From Hypanus sabinus (lineage: Eukaryota): a DNA stretch of 64,000 nucleotides. Positions 12,901 to 26,232 of this stretch are shown here, piece by piece (the first letter of the stretch is position 1; every line of letters begins with the position of its first letter). The notes beneath the pieces are model-generated. The model was given only the letters and a program-made list of their open reading frames with translations. It had not been told where the DNA came from and did no database searches. The translations under genes were made by a program, and so were the position numbers. Location of the stretch: positions 11,346,001-11,410,000 of the forward strand of contig NC_082731.1 in NCBI RefSeq assembly GCF_030144855.1, given 5' to 3'.

Positions 12901-13707
12901 AATAAATGTGAAGTTATCCACTTTGGAAGCAGGAACAAGAGGGCAGAGTATTGTCTGAACGGTGTAGAGTTAGGTAAGGGAGAAATGCAAAGAGACCTAG
13001 GAGTCCTAGTTCACCAGTCAATGAAGGTGAATGAGCAAGTGCAACAGGCAGTGAAGAGGGCAAATGGAATGTTGGCCTTTGTTACAAGGGGAATTGAATA
13101 CAAGAGCAAGGATGTCCTTTTGCATTTGTATAGGGCCCTGGTGAGACCACACCTGGAATATTGTGTACAGTTTTGGTCTCCAGGTTTAAGGAAGGATATT
13201 CTGGCAGTTGAGGAAATGCAGCGTAGATTCACTAGGTTGATTCCTGGGATGGCAGGGCTGTCTTACGCAGAGAGATTGGAGAGATTGGGCTTGTACACGC
13301 TGGAATTGAGGAGATTGAGAGGGGATCTGATTGAAACGTTTAAGATAATTAAAGGATTTGATAGGATTGAGGCAGGAAATATGTTCCAGATGTTGGGAGA
13401 GTCCAGTACCAGAGGGCATGGATTGAGAATAAGAGGTCAGTTATTTAAAACAGAGTTGAGGAAGAGCTTCTTCTCCCAGAGAGTTGTGCAGGTGTGGAAT
13501 GCACTGCCTCGGAAGACGGTGGAGGCCAATTCTCTGGATGCTTTCAAGAAGGAGCTAGATAGATATCTGATGTATAGGGGAATCAAGGGATATGGGGACA
13601 AGGCAGGGACTGGGTATTGATAGTGAATGATCAGCCATGATCTCAGAATGGCGGTGCAGACTCGTGGGGCCGAATGGTCTACTTCTGCACCTATTGTCTA
13701 TTGTCAG
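9940..13707 (+). mobile_element. CR1 LINE: ORF1 esterase remnant plus near-complete ORF2 (APE-RT) with a few disruptions
   Basis: IVLGDSIVRG/VVVHVGTNDVG (SGNH esterase), ILYLNARS/IVGITETWL/VMGDFN (APE) and RT motifs through to the 3' UTR. Stops at ~11080 and ~12416 and a frameshift at ~12830. Lies in the TM1-TM2 intron. Confidence 0.95.
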
Positions 13708-13861
13708 ATTCCTAAACGAGAAATACCGCATCTCGTCCTAATCAATTTGCCCCTCGTTTCTTCACCTCGATCAAGTTTAAGCATAAATGAATACTTTTAT
13801 CGCCGAGTTCTCGTCTCGTTTACAGCTCTTGGTCTCTCTCTGCGCTTTCCTCTCAAACAAA

Positions 13862-13913
13862 CGTGCGCGTGCACACACACACATACACACACTCACTCTC
13901 TCTCTCTCTCTCA
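13862..13913. repeat. Compound (CA)n/(CT)n microsatellite
   Basis: cgtgcgcgtgcacacacacacatacacacactcactctctctctctctctca. Confidence 0.85.
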
Positions 13914-14227
13914 TCTAAGAGTTTTCTTCTCTTTCAGTTATCGCATTTTCTTGACAAATCCTGCTGGCATTGTCAGTAATTCCTTCCTTTCGTTATAATC
14001 GTTGTGCATGGTCTTTTAATTATTTTATGCACGGACGTCATGTTCGTAAGAGATATTAGGTGTGCAGTATAAGCCCAGCGAAGCTTCCCGAAACCCAACT
14101 ACACATTGGGAGAAACATGAATTAAGTTTCTGTTAGACTGATCGTTTCACAACTTGAAATGTGAAATATACCCTAAACATTTTAATGGATTTGCATAGAC
14201 TATTGGAGAATTGAAACTCGTTATTAC

Positions 14228-14385
14228 CTTAACAGTCATTGTAAATGCGCTGTACATCATACTCATCATAAAGAGGATCACAAAGGTGATGAGCGCTGAA
14301 GAACAACTGACATCTTCCTCCAGTTTTTCGAATCCTTCTTCATCGCCTGAATAGTCGTCTAAGTCGTCCAGAGTTACACAGATTG
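14228..14385 (-). CDS. IgNAR: IgNAR transmembrane exon TM1
   Basis: tttcag|CA ATC TGT...GTT AAG|gtaata; 158 nt, open. Encodes ICVTLDDLDDYSGDEEGFEKLEEDVSCSSALITFVILFMMSMMYSAFTMTVK with the conserved antigen-receptor TM pattern TF..LF..S..YS...T..K. Phase 1 acceptor matches the internal C5 donor at 19207. Confidence 0.92.
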
Positions 14386-15076
14386 CTGAAACGACAGATT
14401 AGAGATTTACTGGATTTTATATGTTTTCTTAGTAGAAAGCCAAATGACCCACTTCCCTTGACGCACTTGTTCATCAGACTGTTCTCAACTTCAGGTTTCA
14501 ATTTTATATTCGTTCAGTGCATTCCTTAAAGTGTACTGGCATTAGTTCTGTGTCGTCCTTGTCAATTCTACTTGATATATCCTTTAAATAACTGATCATG
14601 TATCTACTTGATCTGGGTTTTAGATAACACAAACCAGACGGTGAAATCCCTTTCTCAAGTTCATGAAAGCGAGATTTAATTTAGGAGAGCGCTGTTAAGC
14701 GCCTTCAGGCGAAGGACAATATTCACCTCCCACTCCTAACATACACCGAGCAGTTGCCCCCTGATCACATCCCACAGAGCAAAGAAAAGACAGAGTTCAG
14801 TACATACAAGTGACATCCCTTTCCGTTGGCTGGCTGTGCTTTATATAGTTGCAGCATGCTTTCAACTTGTGTGTTTTACTCTTCTAAATGCAAACTTATA
14901 TTATACGCTTTTGGCTGCAGCTTTAGACCATGATATTGCAATAATCTGCATACACAAATTTATTTCGGCTCATTCCCGAACATCCACTGCTTCTAATACA
15001 TTTATGTTTTTAAAATATGTTTATCTTCTCTAAACTGAGCTCCTGACGCTATACAATATTTACCGGAACTTGGCCT

Positions 15077-16350
15077 TGTCATGGTCCGGTCCATGAAATC
15101 CGCATTCAGTTTCGCGGTCTGGTCCATACTCTTTATTCCAGGTTTTCTGGTTTCCCCAGTTTCTGTTGAGGCAGTTGATTCTCGTTTGGGCTGGCTTCAT
15201 AAATAGCTTCAGGATTCAGCCTCTGGCTGCTGGATTGTTCCTGTCCAACCCCCCTGTCTGTATCCCTTCCCTTCACCTTCCTCCTGCAGCCTTGCCTTGC
15301 CTCGCCTCGCCTAGCCGCCCCTTGCCTTGTTTTGCCTGGAGCCTTGCCTTGCCTCGGCTAGAGCTTTGCCTTGCCTTGCTTCTTGCGAAGCCTTGCCTTG
15401 CCTCGCCTGGAATCTTGCCTTGCCCCGTCTGGAGCCTTGCCCTGAAACCTGTGCCTGGAGCCTGTGCCCGCCTCGCCTTGCCTTGCCTTTGCCTGTAGCC
15501 TTGCCTCGCCTCGCCTCTGCCTGGAGCCTTGCCTTGTCTTGCCTGTGCCTGGAGCCTCACCCTGTTTGGAACTGTCTCTTTGTGTCCACGCCTCCGCTAG
15601 GTAGGTCCGGCCGTTTTGCCGCTACCAAGAGTCGGGAACTGCCTCTCCGTGTCCATGCCCTCGCTAGGTAGGTCCGGCTACCTAGCGTTGGGAACTGTCT
15701 CGTCGTGTACAGCGTTCTGTGTAATGAGCCCCGGCCCTACGTCCCTTATCCAAGGAGGGGTACTGGCTCGGTGTTCCATGTTCCTGTCTCTCCCTCGACC
15801 AAATGGTCTGCATTCCTGTCTCTTCCTCGACCGAGTCAAGGCTTTGGGGTCTCGTCCAGTCCCAGTCACGTCCAAGGTCCTTGTCCTGTCCAGGCCTTTG
15901 TGTTTTCGTCCTGTCATGTGCCTCGCCCAGCCCAGGAGTACCTTGCCCAACCCGGTTTTGGGGTTCCCTCGTCCTGTGCTGGGGTTTCCTTGCCCAGTCC
16001 ATGAGTCTCACGTTCAGTCCTGTGCTTCTCCTCGTCCTGTAGCCACGTCTTGTCCTCACCTGGTTCTGGAGTTCGAGCCCGAGTCAACACCCAGATTCTG
16101 GGTCCTTGTCCATTCTCTGGCTCGGAGTCCAAGCCCAGGCTCCTAGTTCCCAATTCCATGTCCTGGTTCCGCTATCTTCGTCATGTCCTCGCCCAGACCC
16201 AGGATTGTTGTCTCATTTGGGGCCTGTGTAATGTCCAGCGTCCTTTATTCCCCACACTCCTTGCTTCCTTCTCACGCCTTGTCCTGTTTCTGGTAGTTCA
16301 GTGTCTATGTCTTCCTTTTGTGTCCACTCCCCACGTTCCCCTTTATGACA
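15077..16350. mobile_element. Solo-LTR-like element with internal GCCTT-type tandem repeats
   Basis: Begins TGTCA (15077) and ends TGACA (16350), flanked by near-identical 5-mers GGCCT/GACCT. Internal (gcctt/gcctc)n array at ~15285-15560. No gag/pol. Confidence 0.6.
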
Positions 16351-17714
16351 GACCTATTCTTTCATTTATTAATATCCCTTCATACGATTGCAATGCTGTC
16401 ATTTGTATGGCCATCAGTCACTTGGTCTTCACTCTTCTGTCAGCTGAGTGGTTATTAACTGTTGTGAGGAGTTCTAAATAGAATACATTGGACCCTATTG
16501 AGCAAGACTGTACAATTTTCAAAATTCAGTTACCTGCACACGAGTCAAGAGAATACAAAACTGACTTAAGAGTACCACTTCAGATCTTCATTTGGAATTC
16601 ATAATTATGAACACAGCAACATTGAATTGAATTCGACTGCAGCTGATGCATCAATTTTGACATAACTACAGGTTCCACCCTCCTTGCAAATCAGTTAATT
16701 CTGGACACGTGATTGTCCATTGCAGTCAAAGTCGGCGTTTTCTTGAACTTGAACACTGTTCTCTTGTTCATTTTGTCTGGCATGGTAACCATATCAAGCA
16801 GGCCCTCAGCAGCATCATGCAGTCAAAGCCAGAAACCAAGTTTAGCTGATGGAAAGCCCGGGGCCAAGAGGAACAGTTGGATGGATGATAGATCTCACTG
16901 AAGTGTGTTTACACAGTACCATTTACAGAAAGGTCACGGGGAATATTTAACAACTTATTTAAAAAATCATCTAAACATCTGGATTTATGTAGCATATTAA
17001 TATAAATTGCCGAGGAAATGTGCAGTCCCTGAACTGGCTACAATGTTTGGGACCTTCACATGACTGCTGGTTATTGTGCCGAGGAGCCCAAAAAGGGATC
17101 CAGCTTGAGATATCTAGTAGGGCATGTCGAGATTGAGAGGGCAAGGACGAGGCTGTGAAAGCTCCCAATTTCAAGATAATTATCTTCACAGAGAGACTTC
17201 GGCAGATCTATAACACCTGTATGTCAAGATGCATAGGGAAGGTAAGTCAAATAGCCCGTCTTCTAGAACATGGTGACATAGTCTCTGTTATATAGAATGT
17301 GAAAAACTAAAGGGCTTTTGGGATGGCATTGCCATGTGCATGGGTGCTCAGAACTAATGCAAAGACAAACTATACAGGGTCAATTCAGTAGATGCAGACT
17401 GAGAAACAGGTGTTAAATAAGATCATATAATAGCGAATGTGAAATCCGCTTCAGCCATTTACTAGGAACAGGGGTGGTGGCAGGCAGAATTTTTGGGATT
17501 CGCTGATGTCGATTGTTTCGGCCTTCTCAATTCTATTGAGCACTGGATGCCGTATAATCAGTGTTAGAGGCCAAATGGAATATGCAGGCCAATAGTATTT
17601 ACTTAGCATCAGGTATGTTTCTGCTTGAAATCAGCAACCAAGCATCATGTACTTAATTCACAAAGAGATGAGAAGGAAATGTGATTTATCAATTTGCCTC
17701 TGAAACTGCTGTCA

Positions 17715-18520
17715 GCAGAATTTCAGAGTGTGACAAAGATGCGTACATCAGTGAGATTAATCAGCTGGTTTAGTGGTGCCACAGCAACAACCGTGTTCTC
17801 AACAAGAATAAGAGAAATGAACTTATTGTCAACAGCAGAAAGCAGAAGTTGAAGGAACACACGCCAGTCCTAATCAATGAGTCGGCAGTGGAAAAAGTGA
17901 GCTATTTCAAGTTCCAGGAGGTATTCTCTGAAGATCTATCCAGATCCCAAAATATGGATGTAAATAGGTTAATAAGCACGTCAGTGGCATATTTAGATTT
18001 GCAGAGAAGATTTGCTATATCACCAAAGACCAGACCAAATTTTTGTACAAGTCTAATATTCATAGCATCAGCATTCCAACTGGCTAAATCACCAGCTGGT
18101 ATTTAGGCACCATTGCTTGGGAACAGTAAATACTGCAGAGTGTTGTGTGCAGCTATCCATAGGCACGAGACTCCCCAACATTGAGAACATGTCAAAAGGC
18201 GGTGCCTCAAGGGGTTGGCAACAATCATTAAGGGCTCCCACCATCCAGGACGTCCCATCTTCTCATTACAGCCATCAGAAGTACAGGGGTATGAAGGCAC
18301 GCACTCAACCTTTTAGGAACAGCTTCTGTTCCTTCTTCATCGGATTCTGAACAATCGATGAACCCACTAAAACTCCCTTACTAATTTCCCCCCTTTATCA
18401 GTACTTATTTATTTTTAAGCATCTCTTTCATATTGTATTTTATGTATTGCATTGTACTGCTGCTGCAAAACAATAACATTCGCGACAATGTCAAAGAAAA
18501 TTATTCTGATCCTGATGCTT
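17715..18520 (+). mobile_element. Rex1/Babar LINE 3' fragment
   Basis: Degenerate RT C-terminus (HTPVLINESAVEKVSYFKF) followed by the family-type 3' region. Confidence 0.75.
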
Positions 18521-18839
18521 ATTCCGTGCTGTTGTCTACTGTCTATGGACCTTTTGCTTTTAAAGTTCAGATGACTGGTACACATGCACGAACGAGCCTA
18601 TCCGTCAAATCAGATCTCGAATCTAATCTCCACGAACCGTTAGAGCTGAATAACCTTCGTAATTTGCCTTATGTCGTTACCTCTCTCGTTTCCCTGCTAT
18701 ATTTGCGACATGTGAGAAGGAAAGAATAGAAGTATACCATATATATTAATGAAGCTAATATAAAAAAGAACTGAATAATGTTTTACTCTTAAGAGCAAAG
18801 ATATGAACACACATGTGGAAGCCAAGTTTTCATTCTGAA

Positions 18840-18845
18840 TTTATT
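18840..18845 (-). terminator. Candidate poly(A) signal for the secretory-form transcript
   Basis: AATAAA on the minus strand ~300 nt downstream of the secretory stop at 19145. Confidence 0.5.
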
Positions 18846-19144
18846 TCAATATAATGTGGCGTACAGAATAAATCGCTACCTGCTAACTATTCCGCGACTT
18901 ACTAGCATCTCAAAAGTACGACATTTTCAGAAACAACGTAAGGTTAAAAATATTCTAGTGCTATTGAGAGCTCATCACAATGTTATCGAACAGATGAAAT
19001 TAATGGAATATTTCATTTACGGTGTGATAATCCGAAGAGCGAATGCTATGCGTGGTCTACAGTAAATCAGCAAAACGGAAACTCAAACAGCTACGCGGTA
19101 AGCAAGAAACACTTCCAAGCTACTCGTCATCAAATCAAGGATGA

Positions 19145-19527
19145 TTAGAAGCACGATTTTAAGCTGTCAGTTAGAACAACTGACACGTTAACTAAAGTAG
19201 GTTTACCCCGGGATTTATTAATACTTCTAACAATATTTGTTTGTAGCGACGGATGTCCAACCAAACAGCTGTAGGTGGTTCCCTTCTCCCAGTCTTCTGC
19301 GCTGATCCTCAGTTTGCTGGTGACCGAGTTAGAGCCGTTTTCCTTATCGCTGTTAAACTGGATCGAGAATCCCGAATGCAAAAGGGTGTCATTAGCCATC
19401 CAACCGACGTATATATCTTCCGGATAAAAACCGGTCACGAGGCAAATTAGGGTAGCTGCTTCCTCGGCTTGAATCTCCTCAGCTGATGGGTACAAGAGGT
19501 AGGCTTTAGGGCGGTGCATTTCAGTAA
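19145..19527 (-). CDS. IgNAR: IgNAR C5 exon plus secretory tail
   Basis: cccttccag|TT ACT GAA ATG...; MHRPKAYLLYPSAEEI...TLICLVTGFYPEDIYVGWMANDTLLHSG...YSCLVGHPSL...SINKSR|GKPTLVNVSVVLTDSLKSCF*. C-W-C core, NVS glycan site and penultimate Cys intact. Internal G|GTAAAC donor at 19207 for TM splicing. Confidence 0.96.
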
Positions 19528-19894
19528 CTGGAAGGGAAAAAACACATGTTAAATTAGTTTCATCTTGACTTGCAGGTTTGTATCTTCACCAGACTCCGGA
19601 TGTCCAAATATCAATAAACTCAGAAATTAGATCAGTTTTTCAACTCAAGACATATCGTCTCCAAATATAAGTAAGGTGTTACATTTGCTTTTTGTTATTA
19701 AGATACCATGTATAGTTTTGCAGTTTTGTGCAGCTTCTTTTCTACGTTACCACGAGTGGACATTTTTTTTTCTTCTGGATTGCTGTTACGCAACGGAATG
19801 GAGGAGATTATATTTTCAACTCTATTGATTAGTTCATAATGTCTGCCAAAAAGTTTATTTGATGTGCCTCAAGACGGCAGTTAATTGCGCTTAC

Positions 19895-20215
19895 CCTTGG
19901 ACTTTTTAGTGGCGGTTTTCAGTGGTGTTGGCAGATCACGGTATTCTACGAAGCACAGGTATTCGGTTCCACTGTTCCACTCCTCTGCACTGATCTTCAG
20001 TTTGCTGATGATGACGGATTTACTTCCCCTCCTCTCTGGACCGCGAGTCTCTACTCCGTTCATTCTCCGACTCCCATTTACTCGCCAGGAGACTGTGACG
20101 TCCTGTAAATCTGTGTAAACCACTTCACACACAATTGTTGCCCTCCGAAGCGTCCAAATCTCTTCAAAGGAAGGCTTTTTTATGATGGCATTAATGTCAG
20201 CCACACGGCATTCTT
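19895..20215 (-). CDS. IgNAR: IgNAR C4 exon
   Basis: ttttgccag|AA GAA TGC...AAG G|gtaagc; 321 nt, phase 1-1, open: EECRVADINAIIKKPSFEEIWTLRRATIVCEVVYTDLQDVTVSWRVNG...EWNSGTEYLCFVE. Confidence 0.96.
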
Positions 20216-22148
20216 CTGGCAAAAAAGTGGGAATTGTTATATTCATTCTGTGATGTTTCAGATGTGGATTATAACAACTATAACCAGGCCGGAGTAGCTC
20301 GTAATCCCACTACTATGCATTTCTCTGTGACATTTTTTTCTGCTTCCTTAATACAGCTATTCTGGCCTTATCAGCCCGACTCCTCTATCTTCCTTGTCTG
20401 ATATCCTCATTGATTTTCCCGATTATAGAAACAACAGCGCAAACAGTACACTGACATGACTTTAACAGTAAGTATTTTTCCCATTCAGGGATGCAAACGT
20501 TCCCCCTTAGATCTTCAAAATACTGAGGCTTCCTTCAAAGGTATTCACACAAAATCAGCAAAAGTCCCCAGTGTGATTCTAAAAGAAGTTGATCGAAAAG
20601 AACTATTAAGGGTAAAGTTATACTCAGTGAAAACTGCAGTACTTACTCCATTATGGACGGAGTAGCACGCTCTTGGAAATAAGAAAACAAAATATAAAAT
20701 GCCACTGATTTCTAATAAAGCACATGTTGTGTGATTAGCATTCAATACATCACTACTTTACGAACCGAGGACGGACTGCCAGTCCTTCAATATTTTCGGT
20801 CATATTTTGTGGGAGTTACTCCACCAGAAATAGGATAATTTGCCAGTAACGTGAAACGGAAGCGGCCACATTGACTCCGTAGGTTACCACGTGCCATAAA
20901 ACGTAATGGAACCACGTATTCGAAGGAAGCGCTTCCACTTAATTGATCTTAAAAACATAAAACTCTACTGCGATGTATGAGCCGACACCTGCATTATTTA
21001 CCACCCAACGCATTCCAGAAAAAAATATAAACCGTGGTATTAAAATACAGTAACATTTGGAGGATCAATTCAGTTTCAAATGTGTATGAGCCTCTGGTAA
21101 TTTTGCTTTATTACTTTTTTTTTTCGATTCTCGATGCATCTAGTAAGTTCATGGTTTACCTGTCTTGCATAGAAAATGTGAGCTATTTTCCTGAATTGCT
21201 TTAATGCTTCTGGCGAAGCATAATTTTCAAAGCTGTTGGGTAGCGAGTTACAGAATATAAACCCATCGAAACTGAAAGGAAGGTGCCATAGTCTATTTCC
21301 AAGTGACACCCGTGTATTTGAAGCCCCTGTCCATCATGGTATTCTGTGTTTGGGTGACACTGTCAGAGTAGCACGGGTGAATAAAAGCAGTCCATTTTGT
21401 GCATGTTAAACAGTACAGCAACCATGTACCAGAAGTGAACCCTTTAAGGGTTTACGGCCCTAAAAGCTGTGACGAACAGGACATCACAGTGATCGATACT
21501 GGGGCCTCAGATAATCTGAATCTATTTCAATTATATTACTGGGGGATGTACTGTAATATGTTTACTGGGAATACAAGCTATGTAGCATTGTGGGCTGTGG
21601 GAAAGATTCTGGGAGAATTTGGTGGGATTTACAGAAGGTAAGTAAATTGTTAAGTACTCAGCAGATTGAATGTTACGTGGAAAACGTGAGGATCCCGACC
21701 GAGGAGAAATAAATATGACGATAATATATTTTATGAATGGTCGGAAACTGGAAAATATTGGTGTTCGGAGTGGTCTGAATGTTCTTGTGCGTGAAACACT
21801 GAATATGCAGAGCAGATTGTTATAATTTATTTTAGTTATTGTCTAGAAATTATGTCGTAGAAATCTCACTTTGCAGTCAGTACCAGCTTTAGGATATGAT
21901 ATCGATCTTCCCGCAAGAAGTCATGGACTGCTTCATTTGATGAGGCATTGCGATTGGATTTGTTCGATATGCTTACATGAACGATCATCTGCGCTTATCA
22001 TGGAAAGGAGTTCACTCATGAAGCTCCTGAAGGGTACTAAACTGCCCTAACCATCTAATACGATGACGTCTTTGTGCTTGTATAATTGATTTTCATCATC
22101 TTCTTTGGGGCAAATAGTGGTTCTGACCTTTGCCAACCAACAACACGG

Positions 22149-22300
22149 AGCCACGGTAGCGCGACGCTATTACCGCTCAGAACGTCTAGGAGTTCGGAGT
22201 TTAATGCCTGCGCTGTTCTTTAAGGAGTCTGTGCGTTCTCCCCGTGGAATGCACGGGTTTTCCCCAGCTGCTCCAGCGTCAAAGAGAAACCGGGTTGCTT
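22149..22300 (+). mobile_element. tRNA-derived SINE fragment
   Basis: ggagccacggtagcgcgacgctattaccgctcag...ggagttcggagtttaatgcc...gttctccccgtgg; SINE-head-like. Similar reverse copies at ~25.5-25.7 kb and ~32.3-32.6 kb. Confidence 0.5.
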
Positions 22301-22319
22301 AGTTGGGGTCATTGAGAAG

Positions 22320-24480
22320 CATAACTCGCATGTGTGTGTATCGCAATGGAATACATGGAATTACAGATGCATGAGAGAGGAGCTTGTCCAGGTAGATTGG
22401 AAGAGGATATTGGCGGGGATAACTGCAGAGCAGAGATGGCTGAAGTTTCTGGGAATAGTTCCACAAGGCGCAGGATAGATATGTGCCACAGAGGATGCAG
22501 TTCTGAAATGGAAGGGGCAGGCAACCGTGGCTGACAAAGGAAGATAAGGACTGCGTACAAGCCAAGGAAAGGGAATATAAGGTAGCAGAAGCGAGAGGGA
22601 ATGTAAATGATTGGGAAGCTTTTAAAATCAAACAAAACACAGGTAAAAAATGCTATAAGGGAAAATGTGAAATTTGAGGACAGACTAGCCAATAATATAA
22701 AGCAAGAATTTTTTTTCAATTATTTAAAGGGTAAAAGGGAAGTGAGAGGTAATATTGGACCATTAGAAAATGATGCTGGTAAGGTAGTAATGGGGACAAA
22801 GAAATGTCAGGTGAACGTAATGGGTATTTTGCATCTATATTCATTGTGGAAAACACTAGCAGTGTGCCAGAGGGCCATGGGCATCAGAGAGCAGGAGTGA
22901 GTGCCATTACTATTACAAAGGAAAATAGTGCAAGGCAAACTTAAAGTTCTTAAGGTACATAAGTCACTTAGGTCAAATGGTTTACATCCCAGACTCCAGA
23001 GAGAGGTTGCTGAAGAGATAACGGATGTATTGGCCATGATCTTTCAAGAATCACTTGATTCTGGCATGGTCCGGGAGGTCTGGAAAATGGCAAATGTCAC
23101 TCCACTCGTTAAGGAGGGAGGGTTATAGGCCAGTTAGCCTAATCTCAGTGGTTGGGAAAGTGTTGGAATCTATTACTAAGGGTGAAGTTTTGAGGTACTC
23201 GGAGATTAATGTTAAAAAGGTCAAAGTAAGCATGGTTTCTGTGAAGGGAGATCTTGCCTGACAAATCTTTTAGAATTCTTCGAGGAAGTAACAACCAGGG
23301 TGGACAGAGCGAGGCTGTGAATGTTATTTACTTGGATTTTTAGAAGGGCTGTGATAAGATGCCACAATTGAGGCTGCTCAGCAAGATAAAACCGTATCTC
23401 TTTACCAGAAAGATGCTGGTATGGGTTCCATATGGCAGGAGGCAGTGAATGGGAATAAAAGAAGCCTTTTTCTGTTCGGCTGCCGGTGACTTGTGGTGTT
23501 CCCCACGGGTCAGGAATAGGACACCTGCTTTTCACATTGTTTATCAATGGTACACATAGTGGAATTGATGGCTTTGTGGCAAAATTTGCGCATGATACGA
23601 AGAAAGGTGAAGGAGCAGGTAGTGCTGAGGAAGCAATGCAATTGCAGCAGGGCTTAGAGAACTTGGAATAATGGACAAAAGGTGTCAGATGGAAAACAGT
23701 GTTGGGAAATGTATGATAGTACATTTTGGTACAAGGAACAATAGTGCAGACTATCATCTAAATGGGTAAAAGTTTCAAATATCAGAGGTGCAGAGGGACT
23801 TAGATGTGCTCGTGCAAGACAGCCAGAATGTTGATTTACAGGTTGAGTTTGTGGTAAAGAAAGCCAATGCAACGTTGGCATTTATTTCGAGGGGAATAGA
23901 ATATAACAGCAAGGACTTTGTGCTGAGCATTTATAAGGCACTAATCAGGCCGCACTAAAAGCATTGTCAACAGTTTAGGGCCCAATATCACAGAAAGGAT
24001 GTGTTGCCATTGGAGAGAGTCCAGAGGAGGTTCCCGAGGATGATTCCAGGAATGATGGGGAAAACATTTTGGGACTGTACTTACTGGAATTTAGAAGTAT
24101 GCGTGTGGATCCCATTGAAACCTCCCTATGTTGAAAGGACAAGTTAGGGTGATGTGGAAAGGATGTTTTCTATTGTAGGGTATCGAGACCTGGATGGCAC
24201 AGCCTCAACATTGACGGGCGCCCCATTAGAACAGACGTAAGGAGGAATTTTTTCAGCCAGCGAGTAGTAGATTTGTGGAATGCTCTGCCACAGACTGTGG
24301 AGTAGGCCGCCCGTGCATATAGTTAGTGTGGAAGTTGATCGTTTTCTGATCGGTAAGGGCATCAAAGGACATTGTGAGAAGGCAGGCATATGGGGTTGAG
24401 TGGGTTCCGGGATCAGCCGTAATGGAATGACGGAGCAGACTCGATGAGCTGAATAGCCCAATTCTGTTCCTATTTCATGG
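22320..24480 (+). mobile_element. CR1 LINE, degraded ORF2
   Basis: Fragments with RT motifs (GLHPRLQREVAEEI, GVPHGSGIGHLLF, FVAKFAHDTK) and a CR1 3' UTR. Confidence 0.85.
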
Positions 24481-24929
24481 TTTTTTGGTCTTACTGTAAA
24501 ATTTAACCAACAATTAGGTTAAGGTTGATCAGGGTTGTGCAGCTTTTGGTGTGGCGTGGCTCGAAAGACAGAAATAGCCTACTCCATGCTGTATCGCTAA
24601 ATTAATGTTCGCTGTATAATGGGATCTAATGATCCAAGTAATTGACAGAACTATGTTGACTTTGCATCTTCCTGTGAATTTCATTTCAGTTTCTCCATAA
24701 AACGGATATGCCTGATATCCCTAACCTTCCTATAGATAGTCGTGGATGATATTATGTTTTGTTGTGAGATCCAGGCCGAGGACCAATCACAGCATGCGAG
24801 AGAAAAAAACTGACAAGTCGTCAGGTCGAAAGTATTCCACTCAGACGTGTTTTCTCCAGTCCAGGTCAGATGGCTGCTGATGGCACGGAGGATTTCAATA
24901 CTTACTGCGTTGCAGCTATATACGATCCT

Positions 24930-25470
24930 GGTCAGGACCCATTGGAGTACTGTGCTCAGTTCTGGTCGCCTTATTACAGGAAGGATGTGGAAGCCATAGA
25001 AAGGGTGCAGAGGAGATTTACAAGGACGTTTCCTGGATTGGGGACCATGCCTTATGAGAATAGGTTGAGTGAACTTGCCTTTTCTACTTGGATCGATGGA
25101 GGATGAGAGGTGATCTGATAGAAATGTATAAGATGATGAGAGGCATTGATCGTGTAGATAGTCAGAGCCGTTTTCCCAGGGCCTAACTGGTTGCCACAAG
25201 AGGACAGAGGTTTATGGTGCTGGGGAGCTGGTACAGAGGAGATGACAGGGGTACGTTTTCTACAGTGGTGAATGCGTGGCATGGGCTGCCGGCAACGGTG
25301 GTGGAGGTAGATACAATAGGGTCTGTTAAGAGGCTTATAGAAAGATAAATGGAGCTTAGTAAAGTAGAGGGCTATAGGTATGCCTCGTAATTTCTAAGGT
25401 AGGGACATGTTTGGCACAACTTTGTGGGCTGGAGGGCCTGTATTGCGCTGTTGGTTTTCTATGTTTCTAT
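24930..25470 (+). mobile_element. CR1 3' fragment
   Basis: LEYCAQFWSPYYRKDVEAIERVQRRFTR plus 3' UTR ending ttttctatgtttctatg. Confidence 0.85.
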
Positions 25471-26232
25471 GACTCACATCAGTTAATTGGACCTACATTT
25501 GTTTATTTATTCTAAGATATAGCGCAGAATAGGGCCGTCCAGCCATTCGGGAAGCGCCACCAGCAACTGCTGATATAACTCTGGCCTAATCACTGGACAA
25601 TTTACAACGACCAGTTAACTTACTAACCGGTAAATCTTTAGACTGTGGAAGGAAATCGGAGTAATAGGAGGAAATCCACGCATTGCACAGAAAGGACGTA
25701 CAAAATCCTTACAGAGAATGGTCCCACCCAATTATTCATGCCAATACATCGGAGACTCATCGTTAAACCATCCTGCGTTACCTGTGAATTATTAGTATGC
25801 TAATTCCTGTCTATTGATTATACTTTAATTGAGCTTAAAAAACGTTTGTTTACAAGTGTGGCCCATTAAACAATCTCCTTAGAATATAATCAGAAACGCC
25901 AAGAATAGGCTCCATTCATATTGTCATTCAACAATTAATGTCCGTACATATTCCTTCAGCTTTACCCTATTTAGCTCCTATTGGTGAGACAATTTAATAT
26001 TATAATGCATTTGTCTTCGCAGGTTCAACAGTGATCCGTTTGCATCTTATGAATTTTAGTTGACGCTCATATATGTTATTTTAGCAGACTATCAGAGAGG
26101 TCTGATTACTACTATAGTACATTACAATGATCGTTCCACTCTGCTCATTGCAGGCGGTTGATGCATTTTATCTTTTGTCTGGGATTTTCGAACACAGAAT
26201 GGATGTGTGTATACTGGCAAACTTTTCCTTAC

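Noticed and set aside
9868-13620. Active autonomous CR1
   Set aside because: 5'-truncated in ORF1, with stops and a frameshift in ORF2.
15166-16481. Many overlapping ORFs on both strands
   Set aside because: They arise from a stop-poor GC-rich pentamer array in an LTR-like repeat.
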